Notes: generated by a model not told the origin, from the letters alone. A DNA stretch of 63,090 nucleotides, filler included, from Octopus bimaculoides (GCF_001194135.2; 7 parts of 7 records of this genome joined end to end with filler, not necessarily neighbours in it); one strand, 5' to 3'; counted from the whole stretch's first letter, positions 1 to 13,263 are shown. Translations and numbers: made by a program.

Positions 1-302
1 GAGTGTTTATTGAGCGAAAACACCTAAAAGCTCCACGAGGCTTACCGGTAGGGGATGGTGGCGAACCCTGCTGTACTCTTCCACCACAACTTTCTCTCAC
101 TCTTACTTCCTGTTTCTGTTGTGCCTGTATTTCAAAGGGTCAGCCTTGTCACACTCTGTGTCACGCTGAATATTCCCGAGAACTACGTTAAGGGTACACG
201 TGTCTGTGGAGTGCTCAGCCACTTTCACGTTAGTTTCACGAGCAGGCTGTTCCGTTGATCGGATCAACTGGAACCCTCGTCGTCGTAACCGACGGAGTGC
301 CA
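1..302 (+). mobile_element. tRNA-derived SINE (family B-long), head cut off by the window start
   Basis: Diverged reverse-complement copy at 33612-33826 extends into a B-box-like head (GGTTTCGATTCCCGG on the minus strand). Confidence 0.75.
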
Positions 303-342
303 ACCTAGATGATAGAAACACATGCGTTTGCAATCCAAGAAC

Positions 343-712
343 AGGAAATATCAATCTGATGCACAAAATACCAATGTTGAGAAGTTAGACTTCTCAAAAC
401 CAGAAACGAGGAAGCTAATTCGAAGACTACAGTTCCAATCCATCACAGGAACTGTAAAAATCTTTAAAACTTTCCAGAAGTTTAGCATTTAAATATATAT
501 GAGCATGTCTAGATATGCAACTATATGCATGAGAATACATAGATAAAGCAAAACATACAAATCTGCACGTATGTATACATACATACATACATACATACAT
601 ACAAACATACAAAAATATCCTGTTGTTGATGTTGAAATTCCAATGAAAGAGCCTTGGATCTAGGTTGGTACTTTCTCTATTGGTAAGAAATCTTGAAATA
701 TAACTGAACAAT
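343..712 (+). mobile_element. 3' end (ORF C-terminus plus 3' UTR) of an RLE-type non-LTR retrotransposon, R4/Dong- or HERO-like
   Basis: 385-492 reads LDFSKPETRKLIRRLQFQSITGTVKIFKTFQKFSI*, resembling the 'LQ...I.GT.KI' C-terminus of restriction-like-endonuclease LINEs. It is followed by a UTR that runs into (ACAT)n. Confidence 0.6.
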
Positions 713-960
713 GACATACATGCATGCATGCATACATACATGCACACATACATACATACATGCATACATACACACATACATACCCACATACATATACATG
801 CATACATACATACATATATACACACACACATACATACAAAGAAACAAACAAACATGGACAGGTATACGACGGAACCTTGCCAACATCAACCAGTTAACAG
901 ATCGGAATAGGCGCGCATGCATACACAGATACACACACCACACAGATACACACACGCGCA
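713..960. repeat. Compound (ACAT)n/(AC)n microsatellite
   Basis: Direct inspection; a second (ACAT)n run lies at about 570-610. Confidence 0.95.
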
Positions 961-1147
961 TAAACGCACACCACCATCACCACCATCAGTCTCCCTCCGC
1001 TTCTCATTCCTCTTTCTCTTTATCTTCTACCAGTTCTAACCCCTTTCCTCTTCCTCGTAGTTGTCGCCTTTACCTTTCTCTAGTTCTCCTTCCTCATTTT
1101 CCCTCACACCGCCACCACCACCGCCGCCGCCGACGCCGCGGTCACAC

Positions 1148-1963
1148 TTGTCGTCTGCTGTCCCATTTGTCGTCTGCTATCCCATTTGTCGTCTGCTATC
1201 CCATTTGTCGTCTGCTATCCCATTTGTCGTCTGCTATCCCNNNNNNNNNNNNNNNNNNNNNNNNNNNNNNNNNNNNNNNNNNNNNNNNNNNNNNNNNNNN
1301 NNNNNNNNNNNNNNNNNNNNNNNNNNNNNNNNNNNNNNNNNNNNNNNNNNNNNNNNNNNNNNNNNNNNNNNNNNNNNNNNNNNNNNNNNNNNNNNNNNNN
1401 NNNNNNNNNNNNNNNNNNNNNNNNNNNNNNNNNNNNNNNNNNNNNNNNNNNNNNNNNNNNNNNNNNNNNNNNNNNNNNNNNNNNNNNNNNNNNNNNNNNN
1501 NNNNNNNNNNNNNNNNNNNNNNNNNNNNNNNNNNNNNNNNNNNNNNNNNNNNNNNNNNNNNNNNNNNNNNNNNNNNNNNNNNNNNNNNNNNNNNNNNNNN
1601 NNNNNNNNNNNNNNNNNNNNNNNNNNNNNNNNNNNNNNNNNNNNNNNNNNNNNNNNNNNNNNNNNNNNNNNNNNNNNNNNNNNNNNNNNNNNNNNNNNNN
1701 NNCATTTGTCGTCTGCTATCCCATTTGTCGTCTGCAATCCCATTTGTCGTCTGCTATCCCATTTGTCGTCTGCTATCCCATTTGTCGTCTGCAATCCCAT
1801 TTGTCGTCTGCAATCCCATTTATCGTCTGCAATCCCATTTGTCGTCTGCAATCCCATTTGTCGTCTGCTATCCCATTTTTCGTCTGCTGTCCCATTCATC
1901 GTCTGCTGTCCCATTTGTCGTCTGCTATCCCATTTGTCGGCTGCTATCCCATTTGTCGTCTGC
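1148..1963. repeat. 19-bp minisatellite (CCCATTTGTCGTCTGCTAT)n spanning an N-gap
   Basis: About 5 units before and about 14 after gap 1241-1701. The 19-aa periodic ORFs (HLSSAIPFVVCYPICRLLS) confirm a 19-nt period. Confidence 0.97.
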
Positions 1964-1965
1964 TT

Positions 1966-2426
1966 CTTGAGCCATCAGACTATCACCATCGCCTTCCCCG
2001 TCGCACTCTTCTTACCCATGCTTCCTCCCCCACAATCACTTTCCCCTTCTCCACCACCGTCTTTTGCCATCGTCTGCTTTCCCCTCTCCACTATTTGTTA
2101 CTCCTTCCCCCCTCCTATTTTCCTCTCCTTTCTTTACACTATCCCCCTCCTCTTCTTTCTCTTCCCTTTTTTCCCCTTCTTTCTCTGCTTACTCTCTCTT
2201 CTCGTCTTCCGCTTCCCTCTTTCCTTCTTTTTCTGCTTACACTATCTTCCCTATTTCTTTTCCCACATCTTCCTACCCTTTTCGTCCCTCTCTTCTTCAC
2301 CGCTGTCCTCGTCCGTTTTCTTTCCCCTCCATCCCGGGGTCTGGTTCCATCATCACTACCATCAACAATAACTACACAACCACCCATCCTCTTCCCCACT
2401 TTTCTTATCCTCAGTGTTATCTTTGT

Positions 2427-2474
<48 letters not shown>

Positions 2475-2853
2475 CACTACCGCCACCACCACCACCACTA
2501 CCACCACTACTACTACTACTTTCTTTCTTTCTGTCTTTCTTTCTTTCTTTCTTTCTTTCATTCTTTCTTTTCTTTCACTTTCTCTTTCACTTTCTCTTTC
2601 ACTTTCTCCTTCCTACCTAGTTCTCACAAGTGTTGCCCGTCAAATCATAAAGATCCACTACTACTACTACTTTCTTTCTTTATTTCTTTCTTTCTTTCCT
2701 TTCACTTTCTCCTTCCTACCTAGTTCTACCTCTTTATCATCGTCGTTTTGTTTTTTCTTTCTCCCTCTGCTTCCACAACCCCCTTTCCTCCGCTTCTCTC
2801 CTCCCCCTCCTTTCATCCCTCCATCTACGTCTTCGTCTTCTTCATTATCTTCT
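1966..2853. repeat. Pyrimidine-rich low-complexity tract with (TAC)n/(CAC)n/(TTTC)n
   Basis: Direct inspection; (TAC)n at about 2426-2520. Confidence 0.9.
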
Positions 2854-2953
2854 NNNNNNNNNNNNNNNNNNNNNNNNNNNNNNNNNNNNNNNNNNNNTTA
2901 ATTAATTAANNNNNNNNNNNNNNNNNNNNNNNNNNNNNNNNNNNNNNNNNNNN
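2854..2953. other. Assembly placeholder gap 44N-TTAATTAATTAA-44N
   Basis: The identical 100-nt structure recurs at 17450-17549, 29774-29873, 35338-35437, 37516-37615 and 42209-42308. Confidence 0.95.
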
Positions 2954-3226
2954 TACGTACGTATGTATGTATGTATGTATGTATGTATGTATGTATGTAT
3001 GCATGCATGTATGTATGTATGTATGTATATATGTATATATATATATAGATATGTATATATATGTATATATTTATGTATATATATGTATATATATGTATAT
3101 ATGTATATATATATATGTCTGTATATGTATATATACAAATGTATATATATGTATATATATATGTATATGTATATACATATATATACATATATACATACAT
3201 ATACATATATAAACATACATATATAT

Positions 3227-3294
<68 letters not shown>

Positions 3295-3496
3295 TCATTC
3301 ATGAATGCTACCGTCTAGGAATTACACACACATATACACACATACATGCACTCCCTTTTATGCATATAGACACGCCTCTATATACGTATATGATGAGGGT
3401 ATGTACGTATATATGTATATGTGTGTGTATACATACATACACACACACACACACACACTTATATATATATATACACACATATACATACATATACAT

Positions 3497-3537
<41 letters not shown>

Positions 3538-3660
3538 CATATCACAGTCACATTCACACACATACACACACGCACGTACGCACAAACATACACACATGCA
3601 CCCACGCACACATTCACGCGCACACAATGAAACTACATGTGCACATAATATTTGCGTGTC
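2954..3660. repeat. Compound (TATG)n/(TA)n/(CA)n microsatellite
   Basis: Direct inspection. Confidence 0.95.
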
Positions 3661-3969
3661 TCTCTATATACTTCTATCTATGAGTAAGTGTGTATGTGGA
3701 CTAACGTTGCTATCACTCCAAGCTTGACTGAGATGAATGTTTCCTGTGATATGCAATTGTAAAGTCGTAAAACTTGACACGTTACCTCTTACGTCACTTT
3801 CTGTTTCTTTTTATAAGTTTATAGGAACGAAAGTGCTACAACTCCGTCTTTCTTTCTCCCGTATCAGCTGTCAACGCTTGTTATCCCTTGTGCAGTGACT
3901 GCTCGTAACTTTGCCATGTGCACCGTTCGAATATTCCCCACATTGACCACAATCATGGGTAGAAATGAC

Positions 3970-4196
3970 GGCGAGCTGGCAGAATCGTTAGCACGCCGGG
4001 CGAAATGCTTAGCGGTATTTCGTCTGCCGTTACATTCTGAGTTCAAATTCCGCCGAGGTCGACTTTGCCTTTCATCCTTTCGGGGTCGATTAAATAAGTA
4101 CCAGTTACGCACTGGGTCGATATAATCCACTTAATCCGTTTGTCTGTCCTTGTTTGTCCCCTCTGTGTGTAACCCCTTGTGGGCAGTAAAGAAATA
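3970..4196 (+). mobile_element. tRNA-derived SINE family A, full length
   Basis: A-box-like TGGCAGAATCGTTAG, B-box-like GAGTTCAAATTCC, central GCCTTTCATCCTTTCGGGGTCGAT..AAGTACC and tail GGGCAGTAAAGAAATA. AGAAATGACG occurs on both sides (3961-3970 and 4197-4206), consistent with a TSD. Confidence 0.9.
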
Positions 4197-4323
4197 AGAA
4201 ATGACGACGACGACGACGGTGATGATGATGATGATGATGATGATAATGGTCGTGATGACGATGTGGGGTAATGATGATGATCATGGCGATGTGGGTGAGG
4301 ATAACGATAAAGGTGAAGAGGAA

Positions 4324-4572
4324 GAGAGTGCCTTTCAGCCTTGTCCACCAAACAACCTCTTTCGCTACAGCCACCAGGCAAAGGAAAACTATCTTGCCTG
4401 CCCGATTGAAGGAGGGCGGCAGTGCAATCATCACTACAGACTCAGCCGACAGATGGATCCGTCCCACAAGTGACAGCAGCCGCTCGACATATCACCACAA
4501 GTCAGCAATGCACGGACACTGAACGAGGGCGTACACAACGGTTTTGTCACTCTGCGCGCATCTCGGACAAGC
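4324..4572 (-). mobile_element. Tx1/L1-clade LINE fragment (C-terminal CCHC zinc-finger region, decayed)
   Basis: Minus frame reads ACPRCAQSDKTVVYALVQCPCIADLW*YVERLLSLVGRIHLSAESVVMIALPPSFNRAGKIVFLCLVAVAKEVVWWTRLKG. This is a CxxC..(H>Y)...C zf-RVT pattern with one stop. Confidence 0.65.
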
Positions 4573-4625
4573 CCGTCTGATAGTATATGCCTGTAGAGTT
4601 TATCTATAATAATAATAATAACAGC

Positions 4626-4765
4626 CCAGAGAAGGTCACAGAAAATGAAAAAGCAACCATATTCTGGGATATGCCAATACACACAGATAGAGAATTTAAG
4701 GCCTATAGGCCGGATGTAGTTGTCAGAGATCATCAAGAAAAAATTATTTTCTAATAACATGTTCA
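4626..4765 (+). mobile_element. RLE endonuclease fragment of an R4/Dong-like non-LTR retrotransposon
   Basis: PEKVTENEKATIFWDMPIHTDREFKAYRPDVVVRDHQEKK matches the 'PE.V.EN...ILWD..I.TD.....RPDIVV.D' motif. Confidence 0.8.
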
Positions 4766-7350
4766 GCTGTTTGTTTCGGAATATTCTATCCAAGACGTTT
4801 TTATATTTAGATCCTCGTGACCAATTGTTGTTTATAGCTGGAGTTTTCCGAGGTAGGGAAGCCGAAACAAACATGTTTGTCGCAGCAGATAACCAGGGAT
4901 ATAAAAACTTCTACTTACTGGAGGATAAGGAACCTGAATGCTCTCTTGAAATCTTTCCAGCTAGCTGATGTGCTTGCTAGTACAGAGAGTGATTAGCTGA
5001 AATGCTTAGGCACTTGCTTATAGACTTCTTAAGCCTATACTAATTTCTTCAATGTTCGAAGGAGATGCTTTTCCTGTAATAATAGGCTGGATTTAAACTC
5101 GGAGCGCAGTGAGCCGGAACAAATACCGCAAGACATCCTATCCAACGCTTTCGCGACTTTACCAGTTCGATGCTATATATACAGACGCACTCTATGTGTC
5201 TGTACGTGTGTATATATGTATATATAAAGACAATGATGCAAACTGTGCGTTTCTCTTTTGGCTTCTGTTGTAGAGATCCATTAAAGTTCACCTACTTAGA
5301 AGTTTCTAGTACTACCTTCCTGCTACGTAGGCTTGTCTCTAGCAAGATGCGTCCATGAATTTGATTTGTTCTCGTAGCATTTCAAGGTTGCTTTCAATGT
5401 ATTTTAAAAGCTTTTATGAGGTGCACTAACACGGCGCCCTCCATTTCTAAGTTCCGAATAGAAGATTTCTCTTGATTGCCTGAATCAGGCATTCTGACAA
5501 CATCCCCAGTCCAAAGCAGGTAGATATGCTTGAGCTCAGGAAACAAAATTGATGTTATTGGCACATCTGAGAACTTCTCGTATCGGTGTTTCTGTCCCGT
5601 AACTTACACATACATACACACATTCATACACGCACACAAACAAAAACACACATACGCACAAACACACACATACACGCGCACACGCGCGCGTGCATAAGGC
5701 TACCAGTTGGCAGAACCGTTAGATTGTCAGATCGCGGTGCTCTCAGGCCCTCTGCGCATTGATTTCAGATCTTTGTCAGAGCAACGTTGCCTTCCATCCT
5801 ATCATTCTATTCTCCCTTCTTTGTCTTTTCTGGAACTCGGACGTGATGGTCGGATCTGTAGACGGAGGAATTTTACCAGGCCGAAAAGTTTCCATGACAC
5901 GCTGTCCAAGATGGAGNNNNNNNNNNNNNNNNNNNNNNNNNNNNNNNNNNNNNNNNNNNNNNNNNNNNNNNNNNNNNNNNNNNNNNNNNNNNNNNNNNNN
6001 NNNNNNNNNNNNNNNNNNNNNNNNNNNNNNNNNNNNNNNNNNNNNNNNNNNNNNNNNNNNNNNNNNNNNNNNNNNNNNNNNNNNNNNNNNNNNNNNNNNN
6101 NNNNNNNNNNNNNNNNNNNNNNNNNNNNNNNNNNNNCTCTCCCCTCTCTCTCTCTTCCCCCACCACAGACGCAAACATCTCAGTGTTACTTACAGAAACT
6201 CGGTTTGTAGAAATTGTTAAGTATGACCATTAATTTAGGGATACGACCGGTAATTCCGCCCTTCCGGAAACTCAAGTAGATTTTGGCAATTTTCAAAGCT
6301 AAAATTACGACCCGCATGTATGCATAAAAAGTACTTTAGTACGATCGGCCGCTCCTCTCGTCATTTTTCTGCTTTCATTCTCTGTACATTTTTGTTGATT
6401 AATGCCTATTCATTTCTTTAATTTTTTTCTTTTCCTACAAACTTGGTATTTCATTTTATATTGCTTTCAACATTTATGCCAACTCCTACTGTTCTTTCAC
6501 CCCGCCACACCTTGTTTTGTATTGCTCTGAACATTCGTTCTGGGTTTTATAACTAATTTAATCGTACAGTACTTCCTCGCACCTTTCGACATCACCCCTC
6601 TGCCTATTTCCTTTTCTCCTGACTATTCTTGCATCCAAAGTAACAAAACGACTACCTTTTACTGGATGCAGAACATCAGTACTTTTCTTGGATTCTACGG
6701 TTTTATTACCATTTAGTATAGATTTTCTTGTCTTCTCCGCTGTTGGATTTAATAAGAGCGCACAATATCGTACATGATACATTCACGATGACTGGAAAGA
6801 GACCATCGAGTGGAAATGAAGGCAGTAGTGCTAAAACGAGTCATAAATGGATTACGTTTAATATTAAAACTAATGTTTTATAAAGTTTTGCTGTAAGAGA
6901 AAGGTGTAGCAATAGTGCAAAAACGTTAAAGTTTGCAACATGTACAGCGGAAATAATCTATGACAACAAAGACAAGATTAGCTAGTGTGCTCAAGCAGCA
7001 ATTACTTTAATTCCTCATACAGTGATTTTTTTTTATTGATCTAATATGATGCTTATTATGGAACAGCTCAGAGTGGGTCGACGATCAGAGTGGATTTAAC
7101 GCGCCAATAAACACAATAGTTATTCAAGCAAACGCCAAAAGTTAGTATGATGATTTGCAGAAAGGGGAAGGTGCAGAGCTCCTGATGTAAAGACCTCTTC
7201 TTGCTTGTCACGGCAGGTTTGAAGTTGTCAGTTCCACAGATGCTGCGACTACAAATGTACAATATTGCTGAAAATGGGTTTTTCTCGAAGTGTATTCCAC
7301 TAGAACTTTTATTTCTAAAGAAAAATTAGTACAAGGCTTCAAAGCATCAA

Positions 7351-7482
7351 ACTAGAAAAGCATTCAGAGAGCGCAGACCTCCGCCAAGCAGCTCATTTCC
7401 ACTCATACACACGCATACTGAAAATCGCCCAATTTCCCAAACCAACGCCAGCAAAAACATAACCTCCTTGGCGGGGTTAAAA
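7351..7482 (+). mobile_element. Non-autonomous Helentron/DINE-like (HINE) remnant
   Basis: Sub-terminal inverted repeat CCTCCGCCAAG (7378-7388) / CTTGGCGGGG (7467-7476), with a 3' palindrome followed by a T/A run. A partial second copy lies at about 7705-7731. Family assignment is inference. Confidence 0.4.
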
Positions 7483-7804
7483 AAAATAACACAGCCATAT
7501 GATTTAAAAAAAAAAAAACCCCTTTAAAAACAGGAATCATCTGAAGCAGTTATAATATATCATCAATGACAACAACAGATTTATCATATGCATATATAGC
7601 AGATATATCATACATATGATATAGAGCTCACAGCGGCGGTGGAGGGAGCAAAGCCTGAGCTTTTTGAGTCGATCTCAATAGTCAAGGCTTGTCATGTCAT
7701 CCTCCGCAGACCTCCGCCAAACAGCTCATTTCAAGATAGATACAAATTGATACAAAACCAACGAGGAGCACCTTCAGCCGCAACAGCAGCGGTAACAGTA
7801 CTAT

Positions 7805-7808
7805 TGTT

Positions 7809-7870
<62 letters not shown>

Positions 7871-8040
7871 ACTACTACTACTACTACCTACACTATCACC
7901 ACCACTATCTCTACCACAACCATCACAGCTACTACCAATGCTACCATCACTATTATTGCTGCCATGGCATCACTACCATCATCATCATCATCATCACCAG
8001 CACCACCACTACCATTACTATTACCATCACAACAGCTACC
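7805..8040. repeat. Compound trinucleotide microsatellite (TAC)n/(TGC)n/(CAC)n/(CAT)n
   Basis: Direct inspection. Confidence 0.95.
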
Positions 8041-8639
8041 AACACTAGGATTTCTCCTCCCCCGCAACTACCACCAGCACCATTACTACAACAAATTATC
8101 ACTAGGTGGAAGCCTCTATGAGATCACACGACCAATAAAAGACTGCAGTTAATTCTTTCTCAAATACTTCTTTACCATCTTAAACATTGTTAAATATACA
8201 GGATACGCGAATTTTGAATATAAATATGCCATAAAAAGTGTAAGGATGATCTTGGCGTGAATACCGGTAAATGGATGTCTTTCCAACACAGAAATATTTT
8301 TCCAGACGAGTCTAAACGCCAACATAGATAGACATAAGGCATAGTAAATCTGTGTAAACTGAGCTCTCGTGTCTACAAAATATTCACATAAACTCTACCA
8401 AATAGCAACATTTACATATACTTCAGAAAAATACTTGAACTTACGAGAAAACAACAATTTCAACAAAAGCACAAGCGATAAATATACAAAGCATCGTTTA
8501 TGAAAACCAGAGACTCCCTCAAAACGCATAACAGTAAGACAACACATAGTAGAAATTAAAAAAAAAACAAAAAAACTCAGCATCAGGGGAAATAATAAAT
8601 AAATAAACTACTCAAAATCGGAAGCCTAGTAAACGCTAT

Positions 8640-10450
8640 ATAAAGTGTTTACTGACATTAAAACGCTATATAATGTAATTAACTACAGCAGCCACGCCAC
8701 TCTGTCACAATAGCAACCTCGAATAATATATTATCACTGTAATTTCAAGCAAACTTTCTTATCAGATATCTCTCGAACATTAACCATTACAAACCACCAG
8801 ATGACTGAAACATAGAACGAAAAATATGCACGTTCCGTTTAGACGGCGATTAGATACACGAACGTAAAAGCAAGTAGGAAATCTAAAAATTCGAAAGTCC
8901 CTAGGTCATAATATAATAGAAATAAAACATCTAGGGTCTTAGGGAAGCACTACACCCACGAACATCAATAGTTGCTCGAACCAAGGTTGTCAAATTCCCA
9001 GAATCTGGAAGCTGGACAAAATGACAATTCTAATACCTCTTACTATGCACTCGCTCAACAAGTCCAGAAAAGCTAATCTTTGATTTAGCTTTTACTATGC
9101 ACTCACGCAACAAGTCCAGAAAGGCTAATCTTTGATATAGTTTTATTCTCACGTCCTAAGCACTTAATTACAACACGAATTCAAGCCACTACTCAACCAC
9201 TACTCTATTCACAAATCTAACACAGAAAATATATGATGACTTCAGCAACAAAAATTCACCCACGCATATCATTCAGACTACCATCTACTGAATAACCTCT
9301 AAAAAAAAAATAAAAAAATTATGAAACAGCATAAAACGCTCACTAGCAAACTTATCAGTCAGGCCACTAAGAATAATAATGTGTATAAGCATAATAGTTC
9401 TAAAACCTGAATTCCACTTGGTGTACCGCAAGGAACTATCATCTCGCCCACTCTTTTTAGTATATATCTACACGACCTACTCAAAACATTACAAAATACA
9501 CAGACAGCTTCACATGCACATGACATCAAATCCACATTCATTCTCCAGACACTTCTGCACAGCTACTCCAAGCACCCACTCCTTTAAGTAACTTTGAAAG
9601 CTAGCTCCATAACAACAGACTAAAAGACAAAATCCACTACCTGTCTTCTCACTAAGCGATACGAGAGAACATCAAAAGCAAGCAAGCATAACACTCAGTA
9701 ATATAACACTACAAACATCGAAGATTGAAATACGGCAGTTAACAACAATAACTCAACAACATTCCGAACACTAATTGAAGACATGCTGAAGAAAACAAAA
9801 CGACGTATAAACATACTACTTAGAGAATCATAAATACTGCATTTGGCCAACATGAAGACACGAGAACAGTGGTGAAGAAACAATGCATTAGATGCATCAT
9901 GGACTCTGCCAATCCTACTTGGGCTCTCAGTTCGCCACACAAACCGCAATAAACAACCTATTACGTAAAACAGTGTACTATATTTCATATCAAGTTGTAC
10001 ACACATCACACCTATATGCAACCCAAAAAACGAAACAAAAGTTCTAAGAATGAAGAACGACTTTGACATGTGGAGGAACCAGTTTGTTGCCTCACTATGT
10101 TACAATCATCAGAGTTGCTCGGATTAGAGGGAAAAAATCTCCAGAACATCTACAAACGCTCAGACATGTATACAGCGGCCCAGAGCGCTATTACAGAATC
10201 CCAAATCACTAAACACTATTTCTCTTACACAGCCCGACACGAAATATTTTTCCCACGAGAGTTCCGGACCCCAATAATGAACTCATTTGCATACGGCCAA
10301 TCAGAGCTCACCTTGAAAATCCACATACTGTGTACTACTACAGTACAGCCGATCAAGCATAGAATGGTGTATGCCACTCTATGAGTACAGCATAGCAAGT
10401 CTCACATAAGCACCACATTCCCCCACTCCACCATTCTCATAGATCAATTG
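8640..10450 (+). mobile_element. Heavily decayed I/Jockey-group LINE (reverse transcriptase region)
   Basis: Motifs in order across frameshifts: IKHLG...IPRIWK (about 8925-9015), TTLFTNLTQKIYDDF (about 9205), GVPQGTIISPTLFSIYLHDL (9420-9479), YADD decayed to HAHD, AFGQHEDT...IMDSANPTW (about 9840-9920). Boundaries are approximate. Confidence 0.75.
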
Positions 10451-11599
10451 AGGACCATCTCTATATGGAGCTAACATTAGGTACCTATGGTCAGACTGAG
10501 ATTAGTGATACTGCATGTACCCATTGATATATGCAAGGAGGGCGCAATACGACACAACGCCATAGTGATTACGATGTTTCCAGATCAACACCAACATTTT
10601 AAATTAGGAATGTACAAAATCAGCCAAAAAATTAGGAAACTACATTCATTTTCATTTTCTAGTAAATTACGCAAATTAGCAACACTTATGGCATCATCGG
10701 TGAGCAACTCTCCATTCACTTTATACACTAAATTTCACTTTTGTCGCCCCTATTAACCCGTTTAGAACAGTTGGTATTTGCTATAACGCACATCTTCCAC
10801 TGAACTCAACCAGAGTATTTTCGTGACTAGGTGGACTCTAGTTTGATAGCTGAGCTCTGATTGGCTATATGCAAATGAGTTCATAACTGGGGTCTCTCGT
10901 GGGAAATAAAATTCGCTGCTTGGACAGGCCTAAAAGATTCGTGCATACAGAAATAGCTGCAGCATCAAAAGCCACACTGGGTTCAAATACTTGATTGCGC
11001 TGCATACCATCAATAATAATTGCAGTGAGTTCACCTTGTTAGCTTTCGCTGCTGTCTCCTCCACAATCTATCGGCGTACACTGGACGACAGAGGTTGTGC
11101 AAGATGTCAAGATGTTCACACAACACCTCGTACGATACTTCACTGCATGTTGGAATGTGAAATAGGATTCTCAGTTAGACAGAAGCAGGGTATAACAGGG
11201 AAGGTAGAACTGTGGGTTGTGCCTCGTTCGGCCGACTTATTTGCATAGAGTAGGCAATCCCAGGTTACACAACAACAACGACACGGACATGAATGCATTA
11301 TGTCAAAACGTTAACCACATTAACTTCACCCACTTCAGCCAGCCAGGGAACCTCTATATGGCGCTCAATTTACTAAAAATAGCTACCAAATTTCCTTCAG
11401 ATTACACACTACTGTCTTGAAAAACGAAAAGGCGTAGATACTGTTATCTTAAAAGCTCCTTAAAAAGACATGGTTGTCATGTCATGAATGACTCTCATTA
11501 TTAGTCTACTGGATCTGGATCATTTGAGAATAAGAAGAAAAAAAACCTTCCCAAAACAAAAACAAAACAAGCAAGCACAAAACTTTTATCCGTACCATC

Positions 11600-11601
11600 A
11601 G

Positions 11602-11652
<51 letters not shown>

Positions 11653-11700
11653 GTTGATCCTTTTCATCATTATGTCACCATTACTACTACTACTACACCA
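11600..11700. repeat. (TAC)n microsatellite
   Basis: Direct inspection. Confidence 0.95.
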
Positions 11701-13069
11701 TAACCTGCATCACCCTCACAACAGCGATCATCACCACGACCATTATCATAAGCAATGGTTTAACCATTGTTGTTTGTTAGTCTCTTTGTTTGTCAATGTC
11801 AGAGAAAAGGACCAGTTGACACTTGGACATGGCGGGTTAGCATTATCATTTGGCACCTGATATTTTCCTTCGCAGTGGGGTGTCCCTACTGTATTTCTTT
11901 TTATTCGCATTTGTCGGTGACATCGTCTCTGCAGCACACCGGAAACAAGCAGAGGAGAAACTAGAAGAAACGAACAAAAGCGAAAGAAAGAAAAAAAAGG
12001 AATGGAAAATACTCAAACAATTAGTGAGTTGGATTTCAGACGTACAGAGAAATGGAAGAAGCAGACGATAAAAGAAAAAGAGATGAAAAAAATAGCAGCA
12101 AATCGTCTCCATCGACGCCATTATTTAACATCGCTCGCTGGCAGAAGGTAGTTTTTAGAGAAAACTGGATATTGGAAGGGTACAAATAAGGAGAATGGAG
12201 TGAAGTAGAAATGAAGATTTCATAAGTGGGAGAAAGAGAGAGAAAGAGAGAGAGAGGGAGAAAGAAAGAAAGAGAGAGAGGAGGGAGATAAGAAAAATGA
12301 AGAGAGAAAAGATGTAGTAGGGTGAGATGAGAAAGAGTGAAGAGATGTCTCGGAAGCGAAAGGAAGAAGGAAGGGAAGAAAAAAAACTGTAATGAAAAGA
12401 GAAAATAGGTTAGGTGGGGGTGTGGAGAGAGAGGTGGGGAAGAGAGGCAAAGTGAAGGCGATACCATTCAGATTGATTGTTAACGTAAATTCTTTTTCTA
12501 GTCTGTAAATCTTTCTCTTTCCCCTCTTTCCTTTTTTCATCTTCAGCTCCCCTCTCCTCCTTCCTTCTCTATTTCTCCCCTTTTCTTCCTTCTTCAATCT
12601 CTGTCTTTTCCACCTTTTTTTTTTTTTTTTTTTACCTCACCTCTCTCTGACACTAGCCTAAACGTTGTGCAATCGTAGCAAACCAGAAATCAAAATGGAT
12701 TCTCCGCCGGAATATACCTCTCACACAATGATGCATACCACGCACAACACACACACATAGATACATACGTACGCTTTATACATAATTTTACACATTAATT
12801 CTGTATTTTTGTATAATTTTTATCTGACTTCCTTTGAACTATAACTCTTCATGACAAGTTCAGACAATTTTTATTCTTCATGTCAAGTCCAGACCATTCT
12901 TTCCTTCGTGCCAAACTGAGACCCTTATTTTGCTTCTCACACTCTTCTGTTATTTCCTGATCTTCAGAGCCACATGAGCTTTCGAAGTACCACGGTCTAT
13001 TCTTGCATCTTTCTTGAACAGATACTCTTCGCAATAATATTGTTAATAATAGTTTCAAATTTTGCCACA

Positions 13070-13263
13070 AATACAGGCATTTTGGGGGAGGGGTTAAGTC
13101 GATTACATCGACTTCAGTGTTCAACTGGTACTTATTTTATCGACCCCGAAAGAATAAAAGGCAAAATCGACATCGGTGGAACTCGAACTCAGAGCGTAGC
13201 GGCAGATTAAGTATTGTTAAGCATTTCGCCTGCGTGCTAACGATTCCGCCAGCTCGCCGCCTT
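13070..13263 (-). mobile_element. SINE family A copy
   Basis: Reverse complement of the 3970-4196 head and central domain. Confidence 0.85.

Noticed and set aside
711-3727. Long ORFs (419, 436 and 571 aa) and His/Tyr/Ile/Cys/Val-rich ORFs here and throughout the window
   Set aside because: They are translations of microsatellites, the 19-bp minisatellite and N runs.
9040-9144. 52-bp tandem duplication in the LINE (similar short duplications at about 22490-22582 and 28780-29090)
   Set aside because: Ordinary local duplications with no sign of function.
10860-10880. ATTGG plus octamer ATGCAAAT as a promoter element
   Set aside because: A few such 8-mers are expected by chance at this base composition, and no associated gene or snRNA is seen.
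11090-11165. GCARCQDVHTTPRTILHCMLEC, a CCHC-like motif
   Set aside because: Possibly a LINE zinc-finger relic, but no flanking motifs support it.
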